64,000 nucleotides of DNA from Pyrodictiaceae archaeon (lineage in GTDB: Archaea > Thermoproteota > Thermoprotei_A > Sulfolobales > Pyrodictiaceae): positions 320,001-384,000 of the forward strand of contig JALVSY010000016.1 in NCBI GenBank assembly GCA_027036135.1. The letters are read 5' to 3'. Positions 48,556 through 59,705 of this stretch are shown piece by piece. Position numbers and translations under genes: made by a program. A model generated the notes under the pieces. The model saw only the letters and a program-made list of their open reading frames with translations. It had not been told where the DNA came from and did no database searches. The stretch's first letter is position 1. Every line of letters begins with the position of its first letter.

Positions 48556-49908
48556 GTGGCGGCCATCAAGGAGGTCAAACCAGTTAGAGAACTACGCCGC
48601 GTAGGCGCTCACAGCCATATACGTGGACTAGGCCTAGACGAGAAAGGCAGAGCCAAGTTCATAGCAGACGGTATGGTTGGGCAGACGGAGGCACGAGAAG
48701 CAGCAGGAATAGTAGTCCAGATGATTAGAGAGGGCAAGATGGCTGGCCGTGGCGTACTCCTAGTAGGTCCCTCTGGGACAGGTAAGACAGCGATAGCGGT
48801 CGGTATAGCCAAGGAGCTAGGAGAGGACACCCCGTTCGTGGCAATGAGCGGCGCGGAGATCTATAGCAGCGAGATGAAGAAGACAGAGATACTCATGCAA
48901 GCAATAAGGAAATCAATAGGTGTGCGTATTAAGGAGAAACGCCTCGTATACGAGGGCGTTGTATCGAAGATAAGAATAGCTTATGTGAAGCACCCTTACA
49001 ATCCCTACGTGAGGGTCCCAAGGGAAGCAGAGATAGCGCTCGAGACAAGGGACGATAGCTTAACCCTACGCGTAGGCGAGGAGGTAGCGGCCCAGCTCCT
49101 ACAGCTCCGTGTCCGCAAAGGAGACGTGATATGGATTGACGCGGAGACTGGTGAGGTTCACAAGACCGGGAGAGTGTGCAAGGAGAAGCAATACGATGTA
49201 ACAGCTTACCGGTGCGTAGAGGAGCCAAGCGGCCCTGTCAAGAAGGAGAAAGAAATAGTCTACACGCTAACCCTCCACGACCTCGATCTCAGCCTTGCAG
49301 CCCAGAGAGCAGCTTTCGCAACACTACTAGGCGTGCCCATGACTAGGGAGATTCCGAGCGAGGTAAGGCAGCGAGTAGACGAGGAGGTAAAGAAGCTAAT
49401 CGAGAGCGGCAAGGCAGAGCTAATGCCTGGAGTATTATTCATAGATGACGCGCACATGCTCGACATAGAGGCCTTTAGCTTCCTAACCAGGGCAATGGAG
49501 AGCGAGATGAGCCCCATACTAATCCTGGCAACGAATAGAGGAGTAACAAAGATACGTGGAACAGACATAGAGTCGCCTCACGGTATACCCCTAGACCTCC
49601 TAGACCGCCTACTAATAATAAGGACGAGGCCATACAATGCCGACGAGATCAAGGAGATACTGCGCATAAGAGCAGACGAGGAAGACATCCCACTAAGCGA
49701 GGAGGCACTAGAGGAGCTAACAAAGATCGGTGTCGAGAGGAGCCTAAGATACGCAGTCCAGCTCATGGAGCCAGCCAGGATACTAGCAGAGAGAGAAGGA
49801 AGAACAAAAGTAACAGCAGAGGACGTAAAGAAAGCAGCAACATACTTCGTAGACATAAAGGAGAGCATAAAGTACGTACAAGAATACGAGGAGAAGTTCC
49901 TAAAGTAA
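48556..49908 (+). CDS. TIP49/RuvB-like (RUVBL) AAA+ ATPase
   Basis: [58 protein letters not shown]. Confidence 0.96.
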   Translation: MAAIKEVKPVRELRRVGAHSHIRGLGLDEKGRAKFIADGMVGQTEAREAAGIVVQMIREGKMAGRGVLLVGPSGTGKTAIAVGIAKELGEDTPFVAMSGAEIYSSEMKKTEILMQAIRKSIGVRIKEKRLVYEGVVSKIRIAYVKHPYNPYVRVPREAEIALETRDDSLTLRVGEEVAAQLLQLRVRKGDVIWIDAETGEVHKTGRVCKEKQYDVTAYRCVEEPSGPVKKEKEIVYTLTLHDLDLSLAAQRAAFATLLGVPMTREIPSEVRQRVDEEVKKLIESGKAELMPGVLFIDDAHMLDIEAFSFLTRAMESEMSPILILATNRGVTKIRGTDIESPHGIPLDLLDRLLIIRTRPYNADEIKEILRIRADEEDIPLSEEALEELTKIGVERSLRYAVQLMEPARILAEREGRTKVTAEDVKKAATYFVDIKESIKYVQEYEEKFLK

Positions 49909-49914
49909 CTAAGC

Positions 49915-51189
49915 CTAAGGGCTTTTAATAACCCATACAACAACGAGGCCACAGTAGTTACTGGGTTTCCAACTACATATGTGCCCGAGCAGTTTGCAAT
50001 CCCGCTTAGCCCACTCAGCTAGATATTTTGCTACAAGAACACGCTCTCCGCTCCTAGGATACCTTACCAGTGCACCCGGCTCTAGTTGAAGAGGCTTTAG
50101 GCCAGCTAGGTGCACGTTTACTATGTTCCTCCACTTAGCTACTCCAGTGCCGTAATCGGATTCATCGATTATAGTTACGCCTTGCTTCATATAGCTCCAA
50201 TTATATCCCGGGCTAGTACTACTAGCTGGTGACATTAATACTACCTTTGCGATACCTGTACTCTTATCGAGCAGTGTAGAGGGTGCATAGTATGATAGAA
50301 AGCCGCTCAAGTCGTAGCGCTTAACCTCTAGCTCCTGTATGAATACTTTATTGAGCCAGCCACTTTGCCACTGCTTTTCACCCGGTACAACCATGTCTAT
50401 GAAGCGGTAAATGAGCCAGAGATACCTCTTATCATTACTACTTATCTCGTATAGGACATCCTCGATATTTAGTGATCCATAAGGGATGCAATTATAGCCG
50501 ATATCTATTTGTACTAAAATATTAGTGCCGGGTAGGTGTAAACGATTCCATAGCTTGGCCTGATTAATGCCCCTTCTCAAGTATTGCAGAGTCTTATTCA
50601 CGACACTACTCAGTACATGTAATAGCTCATCCTCGCTACTCGCAATGCCTAGTATGAACACATTCCATGTTCTCTGGTTATTCGGAGGCACGTAGGAAAG
50701 GACAACTAGCTTCACTTCATTATAACTTGGCCTGGAAGTGCCTCTCGTCACAATATATAGTGGTAGCGGGTAAGCTCTAGCATGGTTATCGATTATTTCT
50801 TTAATATTGGCAAGTGTACCCACTAATACTATCGGTATCCTCTTACTAGCCACGGTGATGAAAACGTGTCTGGCCGAATTAACGGCGCTAGTAATGTTCT
50901 GAGCATCAATTAGTACAATGACGTTGTTGCCCAGCCTACCTAGCGCCCTAAGTATGTGCTCCTCTGCGCCCGGTCGTAGCTTTATAGAGGCCTTGATACC
51001 AGGTAACTTGGCCAGCTCATCGTTTGGACTTAATGTCACATAGATAATATTTACATGCTTCAATGTAATGTTTTGGTTAACTGTTTTTGGCGCCAAGCTA
51101 TTATGGTGCGCATTAATTGTCGCAATTAGGATTATTGTAGCGAGTGCGACTATAATTGTTGACGACAAGATTTTCCTAGTTTTATTCAT
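49915..51189 (-). CDS. Hypothetical secreted/surface protein
   Basis: N-terminal signal/anchor, NxS/T sequons, AT-richer than flanks. Confidence 0.7.
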   Translation of the reverse strand: MNKTRKILSSTIIVALATIILIATINAHHNSLAPKTVNQNITLKHVNIIYVTLSPNDELAKLPGIKASIKLRPGAEEHILRALGRLGNNVIVLIDAQNITSAVNSARHVFITVASKRIPIVLVGTLANIKEIIDNHARAYPLPLYIVTRGTSRPSYNEVKLVVLSYVPPNNQRTWNVFILGIASSEDELLHVLSSVVNKTLQYLRRGINQAKLWNRLHLPGTNILVQIDIGYNCIPYGSLNIEDVLYEISSNDKRYLWLIYRFIDMVVPGEKQWQSGWLNKVFIQELEVKRYDLSGFLSYYAPSTLLDKSTGIAKVVLMSPASSTSPGYNWSYMKQGVTIIDESDYGTGVAKWRNIVNVHLAGLKPLQLEPGALVRYPRSGERVLVAKYLAEWAKRDCKLLGHICSWKPSNYCGLVVVWVIKSP

Positions 51190-51363
51190 TTCTAGTGTCC
51201 TCGGCTAAGACTGCTTACCCAGATTTCACGATGTTTCGTCGCGTAAGCGGCTAAATATTGTGGTAAACATGGATTGTTCAGCAAGTAATAAAAATCGGAG
51301 AAGCATCATAAACCCCTCCTTCTTGTCCTCTTGGTAAGCAGAGTATTGGTTGGGGCGTTGTGG

Positions 51364-52776
51364 ATGAAGTTTAGGGAGAAGCTTGCTAATGCGGAGCAAC
51401 TCTACACCTTTGATACGGTGTACCTTGTCCCTGGTAGAGCTGAGGTTGAGCCGAGCCAGGTTGATCTAAGAACTAGGCTGAGCACGAACGTTGAGCTATT
51501 GGTGCCGATAGTGTCGTCGCCGATGGATACTGTTACTGAGTATGAGATGGCTGTTGCACTAGCGCTTCACGGGGGTATAGGTGTTATTCATCGGAACATG
51601 GGTATCGAGGAACAGGTTGAGCAGGTTAAGCGCGTGAAGGAGCACCCGGCTATTAGGCTTCGCGAAGCCTTTCTTCGACTAAGCGATAACTGTGCTTACG
51701 GCCTTGAGGTTCTCCGGGACCTCGGTGTACGTCGGCTCCCCGTGGTTGAGCAGGGTATTGTCAAGGGCTATGTGGATTATAGTAGGCTTGTAGAGATTTG
51801 TAAGACAGGTTTTGAACTCGTCGCTAAGGCCCTGGTTGGTGGCAGGGTTTATGGGGTTAGCGGTATCGAGGAGGCTAGGAGGGCAATAATCCGGGGCGAG
51901 ACCGACTCTGTGGCGATAACTAGTAGGGATGGGCGCTTCCTAGGCTCCCTCCTCCTCGGCGATGCTCTTGCTGAGACGGTTCCCCTGCTGGATGAGGAGG
52001 GTAGACTGAGAGTAGCTGCAGCTATTTCTCCGTTTGACCAGGAGCGTGCCGAGAAACTAGACAAATATGTAGACGTATTGGTGAGTGATGTCGCGCACTT
52101 CCACAACGTGAATGTGCTTCATGCTGCAAAGGAGCTAGTTAAGCGGGCCAGCAGCGACTTCGTAGCAGGCAACATAGGTACGTACCAGGCAGCTGTGGAT
52201 GCCCTAGCAATGATTGAGCGAGTGAATGGGTTCCGGGTAGGAATAGCAGGCGGCTCTATATGCACAACAGCTGAGGTCGGAGGAGCCTATGCTCCCACGC
52301 TCTGGGCGGTAGCCTCGGTTAGAGACGCTCTAGAAGCCCAAGGTGCGGGCAATATACCAATAATAGCTGATGGAGGTATACGTAGCAGTGGTGACGCGGT
52401 AAAGGCTCTAGCAGCTGGAGCTAGTAGCGTGATGCTTGGCTACGTCCTAGCAGGCACAGAGGAAGCAGCAGCACCACTAATAGCTCTGGGAGAAGCCCTC
52501 TACAAGCCCTACCGCGGCATGGCGAGCCGGGGGGCCATGGCCAAGAGGTTCGCCGCGGATAGATACACTAGGCTCGTGAAACGAGTAGCCGAGGGCGTCG
52601 AGGGGCTCATACCCTACAAGGGCCCAGTAAGTAAGGTACTGTCAGAGTTCATTGAGGGGCTCAAAGCAGGGCTAGGATACGCAGGTGCCCGTAACATAAA
52701 GGAGCTATGGGAAAAAGCAGTATTCGGGCTAGCACCTAGAAAAACCGTGCCAAGCGAGCTCGGCGCGCAGAGATAA
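51364..52776 (+). CDS. guaB: IMP dehydrogenase (GuaB/GuaC family) with CBS insert
   Basis: SSPMDTVTE, GGIGVIHRN, GGSICTT (catalytic Cys), IADGGIR, YRGMAS, EGVEG. Confidence 0.88.
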   Translation: MKFREKLANAEQLYTFDTVYLVPGRAEVEPSQVDLRTRLSTNVELLVPIVSSPMDTVTEYEMAVALALHGGIGVIHRNMGIEEQVEQVKRVKEHPAIRLREAFLRLSDNCAYGLEVLRDLGVRRLPVVEQGIVKGYVDYSRLVEICKTGFELVAKALVGGRVYGVSGIEEARRAIIRGETDSVAITSRDGRFLGSLLLGDALAETVPLLDEEGRLRVAAAISPFDQERAEKLDKYVDVLVSDVAHFHNVNVLHAAKELVKRASSDFVAGNIGTYQAAVDALAMIERVNGFRVGIAGGSICTTAEVGGAYAPTLWAVASVRDALEAQGAGNIPIIADGGIRSSGDAVKALAAGASSVMLGYVLAGTEEAAAPLIALGEALYKPYRGMASRGAMAKRFAADRYTRLVKRVAEGVEGLIPYKGPVSKVLSEFIEGLKAGLGYAGARNIKELWEKAVFGLAPRKTVPSELGAQR

Positions 52777-52958
52777 AACAGCTCAGCACTCCGTCGAAAA
52801 CATCGCTAGCTGTCCTCGTCGTTTTCCTCTCCATCCCTGGTCCAGGGCATCCATAGAGAATAGTTGATGTACTAGCAAGGGCTTTCTAGATAAGGGGGTC
52901 TGCCTCCTCCCTATGCAAGGGAGAATAACAGGGCTCATTCCCCCCTCATAGCCACTAC

Positions 52959-53816
52959 TTGTACTGTACCTGGCTATCCACGGTGATGCCTGGCTTGATA
53001 GAAGACCAGGAGACCGACCCAGTATACCAGCGCTACCGCGCAAGGGTGAGGAGCTTCTTTACAGAACTAGTGTCTCTACCCATGCGCGAATTCGAGAACG
53101 TAACCAATGGGCTTGATGAGCCCCCCGAGACAGACCTAGCATCCATATACTTATCGGGTATAACGAGGACATCGATGCTTTGGCTAATATGGGAGGATTA
53201 TTGTCGCAGCAACGCAGCCCAGTACATGGAGACTTGTAGGAGCATCGAGGATGAGTTAGTAGGTGGTACCGAGACAAGGATAGGCGGTGTATCAAGCTTC
53301 TTCAATACGACGATAAAGTCGCTCATAGCCAAGATGTACGCGGATCTCTCCCCCGGCATAGTTATACCATCATGGATAGTGACTTACTCAGCGTTTGTGG
53401 GTGATAAGCTCGTATTACGCCTCGCCAGTCTCCCCCTAGGTGAGCAGCTTCGTCGCTTCCCGCTCTTCGCCTCGGTACTAGGGGTAATAGATCCTGTTTT
53501 CCGCGCATTGCTAGACTATTACTCCACCAAGGGCTCTGATTTCGCCTATGTAGCGGCAGAGTATATGTACTGGGAGGTAATCCGGCCCTGTACACTGCTC
53601 TACACAGTAGTAGTTGATGAGCTGGGCTGCGCCAGGTGCGAAGACATAGCCAGGAACATTTACCTAGTAGTGCTCTCGTCCCTCGAGGAAGACGACACCG
53701 AGCCCCCTAGAATAGGTACCAAGATCTTCCTGGATAAGCTTCTCCACGAGTTACGCAACCATACTCTCCGTAGACTACGGGAGGAGAGACTCCGGGCTCT
53801 GAAAATAGGACCGTAG
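52959..53816 (+). CDS. Hypothetical protein (likely start ATG 52986)
   Basis: 285-aa ORF, no recognised motif. Confidence 0.7.
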   Translation: MYCTWLSTVMPGLIEDQETDPVYQRYRARVRSFFTELVSLPMREFENVTNGLDEPPETDLASIYLSGITRTSMLWLIWEDYCRSNAAQYMETCRSIEDELVGGTETRIGGVSSFFNTTIKSLIAKMYADLSPGIVIPSWIVTYSAFVGDKLVLRLASLPLGEQLRRFPLFASVLGVIDPVFRALLDYYSTKGSDFAYVAAEYMYWEVIRPCTLLYTVVVDELGCARCEDIARNIYLVVLSSLEEDDTEPPRIGTKIFLDKLLHELRNHTLRRLREERLRALKIGP

Positions 53817-53890
53817 GTACAACGGGAAGGAATTAAGGAAGAGAACCAGGATAGAATACGAGCCGTGTCCCTTGTTTTAGGAAAAATAGT

Positions 53891-53920
53891 CCCGGACGTT
53901 CCCCGTGCACGGGGTTCCTC
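53891..53920. terminator. Palindrome CCCCGTGCACGGGG between convergent genes, followed by a T-run on the minus strand
   Basis: Perfect 14-nt palindrome at 53901-53914 downstream of rpl12. TTTTT follows on the minus strand. Confidence 0.3.
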
Positions 53921-53930
53921 TTAGCGAGGC

Positions 53931-54263
53931 TTAGAACCCGAAGAGGCTTTCTAGTCCAGCGGCTAGTTGCTCCTCGCTGACCTCCTTCTTTTCCTCCTCT
54001 TTCTTCTCCTCTTCCTCTTCTTCCTTCTTCTCCTCAGCGGCGGCTGGTGCAGCAGCTGCTGGCGCCGCTGCAGGTGCTACTGGCATCGCGGTAGCGGACT
54101 TAATCACCTCGTCTATGTTTATGTTCTTAAGGGCTGCTACGACTGCTTTGACCCTAGCCTCGTCCACCTCTATGCCAGCTGCCTCGAGTACTTTCTTGAG
54201 GTTCTCCTCGTTTATCTCCTTTCCAGCTGCGTGGAGCATAAGGCTTGCATAGATGTACTCCAT
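53931..54263 (-). CDS. rpl12p: 50S ribosomal stalk protein P1 (L12p)
   Basis: [11 protein letters not shown], Ala-rich hinge, acidic run, GLESLFGF. Confidence 0.97.
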   Translation of the reverse strand: MEYIYASLMLHAAGKEINEENLKKVLEAAGIEVDEARVKAVVAALKNINIDEVIKSATAMPVAPAAAPAAAAPAAAEEKKEEEEEEKKEEEKKEVSEEQLAAGLESLFGF

Positions 54264-54330
54264 TCCAGACTCCCCTCTCCTAACCCGTAGCTGTCTTCCC
54301 GTTCCACCCGGGGATGCAGGCCGGGCTTCT

Positions 54331-55296
54331 TTATCTTTCCGCTTCCCCAGTTTCTCGGCGCAGCATTATAGGTGTTGGGGTGGGGTTCTCGGCTCCAGCG
54401 AAAGCTATGGGCATTCCCTCGGTGTTTATTGCTGCCGCAGCGTAGCCCTGGATATCAAGAAGTATTATGCCTAGATTGTTGTCGCCGAAGAGCCTCGTAT
54501 GGCGGGCAACAGCTGCTCTCGCGGCCTCTTCTACTGGTATCCCCTGCATAACTAGCTGGACTGCGTAGAGACATGGGCGCCCCATGATGATTGTCTCGCC
54601 TATACCGGTGGCAGAGCAGCCAGCAACACCTGGCTCAACATAGAACCCTGCACCAGGTATCGGCGAATCCCCTATACGCCCGGGGTGCTTGAGTGAGACG
54701 CCGCCAGTACTAGCGCCTGCAGCAAGCCTCCCATTGACGAGCGTTACTGCTCCAACTGTGTCGCCGTAGAGCTCTCGTATCTTCTTAGCCCACTCAGGGC
54801 CGCCATCCTTCCTAAGCTGCTCCCTGAGCCTTCTCCATCGCTGAATAGCCCTCGGCGAGGGCCCTGGGTGCTTCTCAAGCCCAAGCTTCTCTGCCAAGCG
54901 GTCAGCAGCGCTACCAGCTATAATTACGTGGCCAAGGTTAAGCGCAATGAACTCAGCAAGCCTTATTGGGTTACGCGGATAAGTAACTACAGCAACCGCG
55001 CCAGCTCTCATCTCGTCATCCATAAGCCCAGCATCCATCTCTACGCGCCCATCATAGGTCAGAGTGCTGCCAACACCAGCGTTGAGAACACCGCTATCCT
55101 CAAGCGCAACAATAGCCTCGACAAGTGCACGAAGCGCTCCACTACTCTTAGCAGTGAAACCAGCCTCGGCCCCCTTCTTCACTGCTTCGAGGACTTCGCC
55201 TAGGTTCTCAACGAGTCTCCAGCTACCAGCCCCGCCATGAACAATTACAGCGGGGTCACCTAGTTTCACAGGGCCCCACGTGGTCACCGTAGCCAA
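54331..55296 (-). CDS. Isoaspartyl peptidase/L-asparaginase (type 2, Ntn hydrolase)
   Basis: VHGGAG, LED...NAGVGS, EMDAGLM, GDTVGAV (Thr nucleophile), [16 protein letters not shown]. Confidence 0.95.
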   Translation of the reverse strand: MATVTTWGPVKLGDPAVIVHGGAGSWRLVENLGEVLEAVKKGAEAGFTAKSSGALRALVEAIVALEDSGVLNAGVGSTLTYDGRVEMDAGLMDDEMRAGAVAVVTYPRNPIRLAEFIALNLGHVIIAGSAADRLAEKLGLEKHPGPSPRAIQRWRRLREQLRKDGGPEWAKKIRELYGDTVGAVTLVNGRLAAGASTGGVSLKHPGRIGDSPIPGAGFYVEPGVAGCSATGIGETIIMGRPCLYAVQLVMQGIPVEEAARAAVARHTRLFGDNNLGIILLDIQGYAAAAINTEGMPIAFAGAENPTPTPIMLRRETGEAER

Positions 55297-56027
55297 GGCC
55301 TGTCCCGCCGCTGCTTAGCCTTCATCTCCTCTGCGGCTTTTCTCGCCTCCTCTACCAAAGACCTGTACTCATCATCGCTGAGAAACCTATACCACGGCTC
55401 CATGTCTTCTTCGCCGTGAAGCACCTTGACTAGACGAACAACGTTCAGCCCGACGTTATAGGAGTCGCTCACAGCCTGCTTATCATTAAGCACGTCTCCT
55501 CTCCCATGGTAGTAGGCGGTGCCCCAAGCAGGTACATGGAACCCCATATTGATCAAGGTAAAGACGCTCCACGATAACGCTGTGGAGGCACCAGCCTCCT
55601 CTCCAGCAGCGAGGACGCCAGCAACCTTGCCATCAACAAGACTACGTCCGGTATGATAAATCATGTTCTCAAGGCTAGTCATGCGATCGAATAAGTTTTT
55701 CAAGACACCGCTAACCATGAACCAATAGATAGGTGTTGAGAAGACAACAGCATCGCTACGAAGAACAGCCTCAGCGACTAAGAAGTAATCGTCGCGGCCC
55801 CGGAGAGGGCACTCACTGGGATCCTTTGGGTAACGACAGTTGAGAAAATGATCTGAGTAACAAGCAAAGCAGGGACCAATATTGAGATCATAGAGGTTAA
55901 TGTATGTTGTCTCTGCTCCAGCCCTCCTAGCAGCCTCAAGAGCGATCCAGAGCATCTTGAAGCTATTTCCGTATTTTCTCGGAGATGAGTGAATACCGAG
56001 AACCCTTACCGCCACTATACCACCCAC
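55284..56027 (-). CDS. Iron-sulfur flavoprotein (Isf/flavodoxin family)
   Basis: SPRKYGNS, CFAC...C...C, STPIYW, LKNLFDR. Confidence 0.9.
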   Translation of the reverse strand: MGGIVAVRVLGIHSSPRKYGNSFKMLWIALEAARRAGAETTYINLYDLNIGPCFACYSDHFLNCRYPKDPSECPLRGRDDYFLVAEAVLRSDAVVFSTPIYWFMVSGVLKNLFDRMTSLENMIYHTGRSLVDGKVAGVLAAGEEAGASTALSWSVFTLINMGFHVPAWGTAYYHGRGDVLNDKQAVSDSYNVGLNVVRLVKVLHGEEDMEPWYRFLSDDEYRSLVEEARKAAEEMKAKQRRDRPWLR

Positions 56028-56148
56028 GCCTCCTTATAGGCCTCTACTCTATTAAATGGCCAATGCCTCTTACACGGCACAAAGGAGCCTTCCCTGTGCT
56101 AAGGGCTCGCTACTTCACTGTGGCAGGGGTTGAGGCGCCTCGCATCAC

Positions 56149-56805
56149 GTGAAGAGTAAGGGAGCATACATAGTCCTTGAGGGAATAGACGGGGCGGGCA
56201 CAACTACTCATGCAAAGATACTATCTAATAACCTTAGCAGACTAGGCTACTGTACAAGGGTCTTCGAGGAACCAAGCAAGGGGAGAATAGGACATACTAT
56301 ACGCGAGTATTTATCCAAGGGGCCTTTCGACCAAAGGGTTCTCGCTCTCCTTTTTGCCGCTGATAGGCTCGAGCTAGCCCGGAGCATAGAGTCGGCAATA
56401 GATGAGGGCTGCATAGCTGTAGGTGATAGGAGCTGGGTATCAAGCATAGTTTATCAGAGCTACGAAGGGTTCCCCTCAAGCGCTCCTCTTGAGTGGCTCT
56501 ACATGATTAATAAATATGCGCCACGACCGGACGCTGTAATATACATAGATGTTGACCCCGTCATAGCTTTTCGTAGAATAAGTCTGCGTAGCAAGCATAG
56601 AGACCTTCCGGAGACTCTGTCTGCGCTCCGCGGCCTAGCAGCCCAGTATAGGAGGATTCTCCCACTGCTAGCTAGGATAATACCGCTGGTCGTGACCGTA
56701 AAGGGAAGCGAGGGGCTCATAGAGAGAAGCATAGAGGCGGTATCACGCGAAATACTTGTAGCTGTATTAGTGCTCTTAAGGCTACGAGAAGCCCAAGGCA
56801 CCTAG
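56149..56805 (+). CDS. tmk: Thymidylate kinase
   Basis: IVLEGIDGAGTTT, EEPS, LLFAADR, DRSWVSSIVYQ, PRPD. Confidence 0.9.
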   Translation: MKSKGAYIVLEGIDGAGTTTHAKILSNNLSRLGYCTRVFEEPSKGRIGHTIREYLSKGPFDQRVLALLFAADRLELARSIESAIDEGCIAVGDRSWVSSIVYQSYEGFPSSAPLEWLYMINKYAPRPDAVIYIDVDPVIAFRRISLRSKHRDLPETLSALRGLAAQYRRILPLLARIIPLVVTVKGSEGLIERSIEAVSREILVAVLVLLRLREAQGT

Positions 56806-56916
56806 GCCCTACGGCGGCAAAAGGTCTAGAAACCAGTACACAGCCTCTCTAAGCCGTGGAGCACTAGTAACTCGTGTTTACGTGCCGGTAGCCAAAAGAG
56901 GATAGGTGACATATGG

Positions 56917-57174
56917 ATGAGTAAAGTGTATATGAGGCATGGCGGCCTCTTAACCCTTGACATGTTGCCACCTGGTGCCCGTGCCAGGGTTGTCCGGATC
57001 GATGCTGGTATCCGTGCTATGAGAAGGATTGTTGAGATGGGTATTACCCCTGGCGCGGTTGTAGAGGTCGTTATGAGCTATGGCGGCCCTATTCTCGTAA
57101 GGGTTCGTGGAACAGTTATCGCTATTGGGAGGGGTATTGCTAGGCGCATCCTTGTCGAGCCACTTACTCCTTAA
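56917..57174 (+). CDS. feoA: Ferrous iron transport protein A
   Basis: RRIVEMGITPG, GPILVRVRG, AIGRGIARRILV. Confidence 0.92.
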   Translation: MSKVYMRHGGLLTLDMLPPGARARVVRIDAGIRAMRRIVEMGITPGAVVEVVMSYGGPILVRVRGTVIAIGRGIARRILVEPLTP

Positions 57175-58429
57175 GCAGTAGTGCCACGAAACCCCCCGTG
57201 CACCTCGAGATGTGTGGATACATTCTCTGTGTTCCCTTCACTAAGCCCTCTACTCCTATGAATGGCTCTGCGCGGAGAATCGTGAGCCCCTCTTTCTCCG
57301 CAACCTTCTTCACCACGTCCTCGTTCTCGTCAATGGTCAGTGTACAGGTGGAGTAAATTATCCTCGTGCCTCTCCTTGCTAGCCTAGCAGCGGCTCGTAG
57401 GCCTCGCTGCTGCAAAGACATGAGGCGGTGCAGTATGCCTGGCCCAGTTTTCTCGAGGAAGAGACGCGTCTCGGGGCTATGGCCTAACCTCCCCATACTA
57501 GTGCAATCAGGGTCAACAACTATTAGATCGGCACTTTCTAGGCGGAGGGGCGGCCGAAGAGCATTACCAAGGACAACGTCTATTATCCAAGCACCTTGCC
57601 TAGTCACTAAGTGTTTCTCGTCCCTAGCCCTACGAGGAGAAACCTCAACACCAACTATGCTCAGCGGCTTAGCTCGCCACGCTATGTGGGCAGCCTTGTT
57701 CCCAGGAGCGCTGAATAGGTCGTAGACCTGTCTAGCACTGCCAGCCACATGTGCTATGAGTGCGGCTGCTCGGTCCTGTACGTAGAAGAGACCCGTCTCC
57801 AGCTTTGCCAACGCCCCTTCCCCCACCTCTAGTACCTCTAGGACATCGTCTAGTACCGGGTCTGGGCGGGTAGCTATGCCGTATTCGTCTCTCAGCTTCT
57901 TCATGGCTTCTTCTCTGCTTAGCTTGTTCTTGTTGAACCGTATCCAGAGAGGCGTCGGCTCCTGGAAAGACTTTAGCAACGCCTCTAGCCCACTGGGAGG
58001 ATTCGTCTCGGCTAGTTTCTCCACAACCCAGCCAGGTAAACTATAGAGCACTGCAAGTCTCCCTGCACCGCTTAGGTCGCTTACTAGCTCCTCGGGGCTG
58101 CTCTCGCGGAGACACCTCGCTATTCCCGGGTCTAGCTTTGTAGCGTCAGTTACTCGGCCCAGGTCTACTTGTCTACGGAAGAGCGCCTCATAAGCCCCTA
58201 CTAGGGCTAGCCACCCCCTAGGATCCTTCCTAACTGGTCCTCGGTAACCACAGCGCCGAAGCCCGTGGCCTAGTAGGCGATAGTTGCGGAGAACTCCTAG
58301 GCAGAGAGCGTTTAAGAGGCCACGGGGAACCCTGGGCCTCGTCTTCTCTATGACTAGGCGTATGGAGTAGAGCTTCCTCTCAACAAGTGATAATACCTTG
58401 GCGCACACACGCTCAACTAGCTCAGCCAT
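57164..58429 (-). CDS. RsmB/NOP (NSUN) m5C RNA methyltransferase
   Basis: YVQDRAA, DLFSAPGNK, DPDCTSMG, YSTCTL..DENE, GFVALL. Confidence 0.9.
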   Translation of the reverse strand: MAELVERVCAKVLSLVERKLYSIRLVIEKTRPRVPRGLLNALCLGVLRNYRLLGHGLRRCGYRGPVRKDPRGWLALVGAYEALFRRQVDLGRVTDATKLDPGIARCLRESSPEELVSDLSGAGRLAVLYSLPGWVVEKLAETNPPSGLEALLKSFQEPTPLWIRFNKNKLSREEAMKKLRDEYGIATRPDPVLDDVLEVLEVGEGALAKLETGLFYVQDRAAALIAHVAGSARQVYDLFSAPGNKAAHIAWRAKPLSIVGVEVSPRRARDEKHLVTRQGAWIIDVVLGNALRPPLRLESADLIVVDPDCTSMGRLGHSPETRLFLEKTGPGILHRLMSLQQRGLRAAARLARRGTRIIYSTCTLTIDENEDVVKKVAEKEGLTILRAEPFIGVEGLVKGTQRMYPHISRCTGGFVALLLKE

Positions 58430-58624
58430 GGCTTCTTACACCGCGTCTGCCCCTTTCTTGATGATTACTTGGTGTTCATTGCTAGCACTCCTCTGTAGTG
58501 GGAGGTGTTAAACAAGTCATCTAGGTAAATAAACCCCTTCCTGCTAGGCGCCGCTTCCACGGGCCCACTGCCCCGAGCAGGCAGAGGCGCTGCAATAGAG
58601 AACTAATATAGGCTGACACAAGCT

Positions 58625-59638
58625 ATGCCGAGAAACGTGCTCATAGTAGGCGGTATAGGTTATCTAGGCTACAACCTTGCTCTAGAGCATTCGCAACGCG
58701 GCGACTCAGTATACATAGCTGCTAGGCGAAGCAGTGCTGAGCGTCGCGAAAAACTATTCGACGAGCTAAGATCCTTTGTAAAGAAGAGCGTTCTCCTAGG
58801 CAGCCTGGGCGACAAGGTATCTATAAGGAGTAGTATTGATAGCATGAGTTGCCCCGACATAGCTTATCTCGTTACGGGGAAGCTGACTGGAACGCGTAGA
58901 GAGATGGAGGAAGCCCATGTAGAGATCCCGGCTCAGTGGACAAGGATACTATCACAGAGATGCAGGGATACCCTCATAGTCTATGTTAGTAGCGTCTTTA
59001 GCGTAGGCGACCCGAGTAGCTGTGCTAGAGACCTAGTAGTTCGAGAGGAAGAGAGACACCTTGACGGATGTAGGCAGTTCTCTAGCTACGCAGAGACAAA
59101 GGCAGTGGGGGAGAGGTGCGTCCTAGAGCTGTGCCGTGGGAACAGGGCACGCGTAGCAGTGCTAAGACCAGGCCTGCTAATCGGTCGCTGGAGCTATCAC
59201 CGGGAATGGCGCCTAATGTACCGGCTTGCTAAGCTCCATCTCCGAGTAACGGGTGGCCCTTACCTTCACGTAACCCCTGCAAGAGATATAGCGAGGGCAG
59301 CTATACTGCTCAGCGAGAAGCACAGCGGGTGCCAATGGTACTACGCTACCCCGTGGCGGCTACGCCTCGGAGAGCTACACTCTATGCTCCTCCAGGGCCT
59401 CGGGGTAAGACACGTATTACCCCTCTACGCGCCCTCAGCGATACCGCTTGGCCCCTTATCTAAGGAGCTGAGGGCCCAGCAACGATATCGCATAGAGCCG
59501 TGGCTGCTCAACGAGCTAGGAATGAAGTGGACAAGCCTCAGGGAAGCAGTAAGTGAGGCAGCGGGGTGGATGAAGAGCACGTGGGGAGGAGAACATACAG
59601 AGAGCAGTGCTAGGAGATACTCAGTTGTAATAGTGTAG
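58625..59638 (+). CDS. NAD-dependent epimerase/dehydratase family
   Basis: GGIGYLG, YVSS, YAETK (YxxxK), VLRPG. Confidence 0.85.
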   Translation: MPRNVLIVGGIGYLGYNLALEHSQRGDSVYIAARRSSAERREKLFDELRSFVKKSVLLGSLGDKVSIRSSIDSMSCPDIAYLVTGKLTGTRREMEEAHVEIPAQWTRILSQRCRDTLIVYVSSVFSVGDPSSCARDLVVREEERHLDGCRQFSSYAETKAVGERCVLELCRGNRARVAVLRPGLLIGRWSYHREWRLMYRLAKLHLRVTGGPYLHVTPARDIARAAILLSEKHSGCQWYYATPWRLRLGELHSMLLQGLGVRHVLPLYAPSAIPLGPLSKELRAQQRYRIEPWLLNELGMKWTSLREAVSEAAGWMKSTWGGEHTESSARRYSVVIV

Positions 59639-59705
59639 CACCTACACCATGAGGGGACTAGACAATAGCCCCACTAGTAACTATTCCACTAGGAGGGAGA
59701 GCACA

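Noticed and set aside
48556-49908. Walker B DDAH instead of DEVH in TIP49
   Set aside because: I recall this variant in other crenarchaeal TIP49 proteins, so it is not evidence of inactivation.
52781-52840. Possible minus-strand C/D sRNA (ATGGAGA...CTGA)
   Set aside because: C and C' boxes too degenerate and no terminal stem.
53960-54075. Low-complexity TTC/CTC and GCA repeats
   Set aside because: They encode the Ala hinge and acidic tail of P1/L12.
56149-56805. P-loop GAGTTT lacking Lys in tmk
   Set aside because: The variant occurs in other annotated thymidylate kinases, and the remaining motifs are intact.
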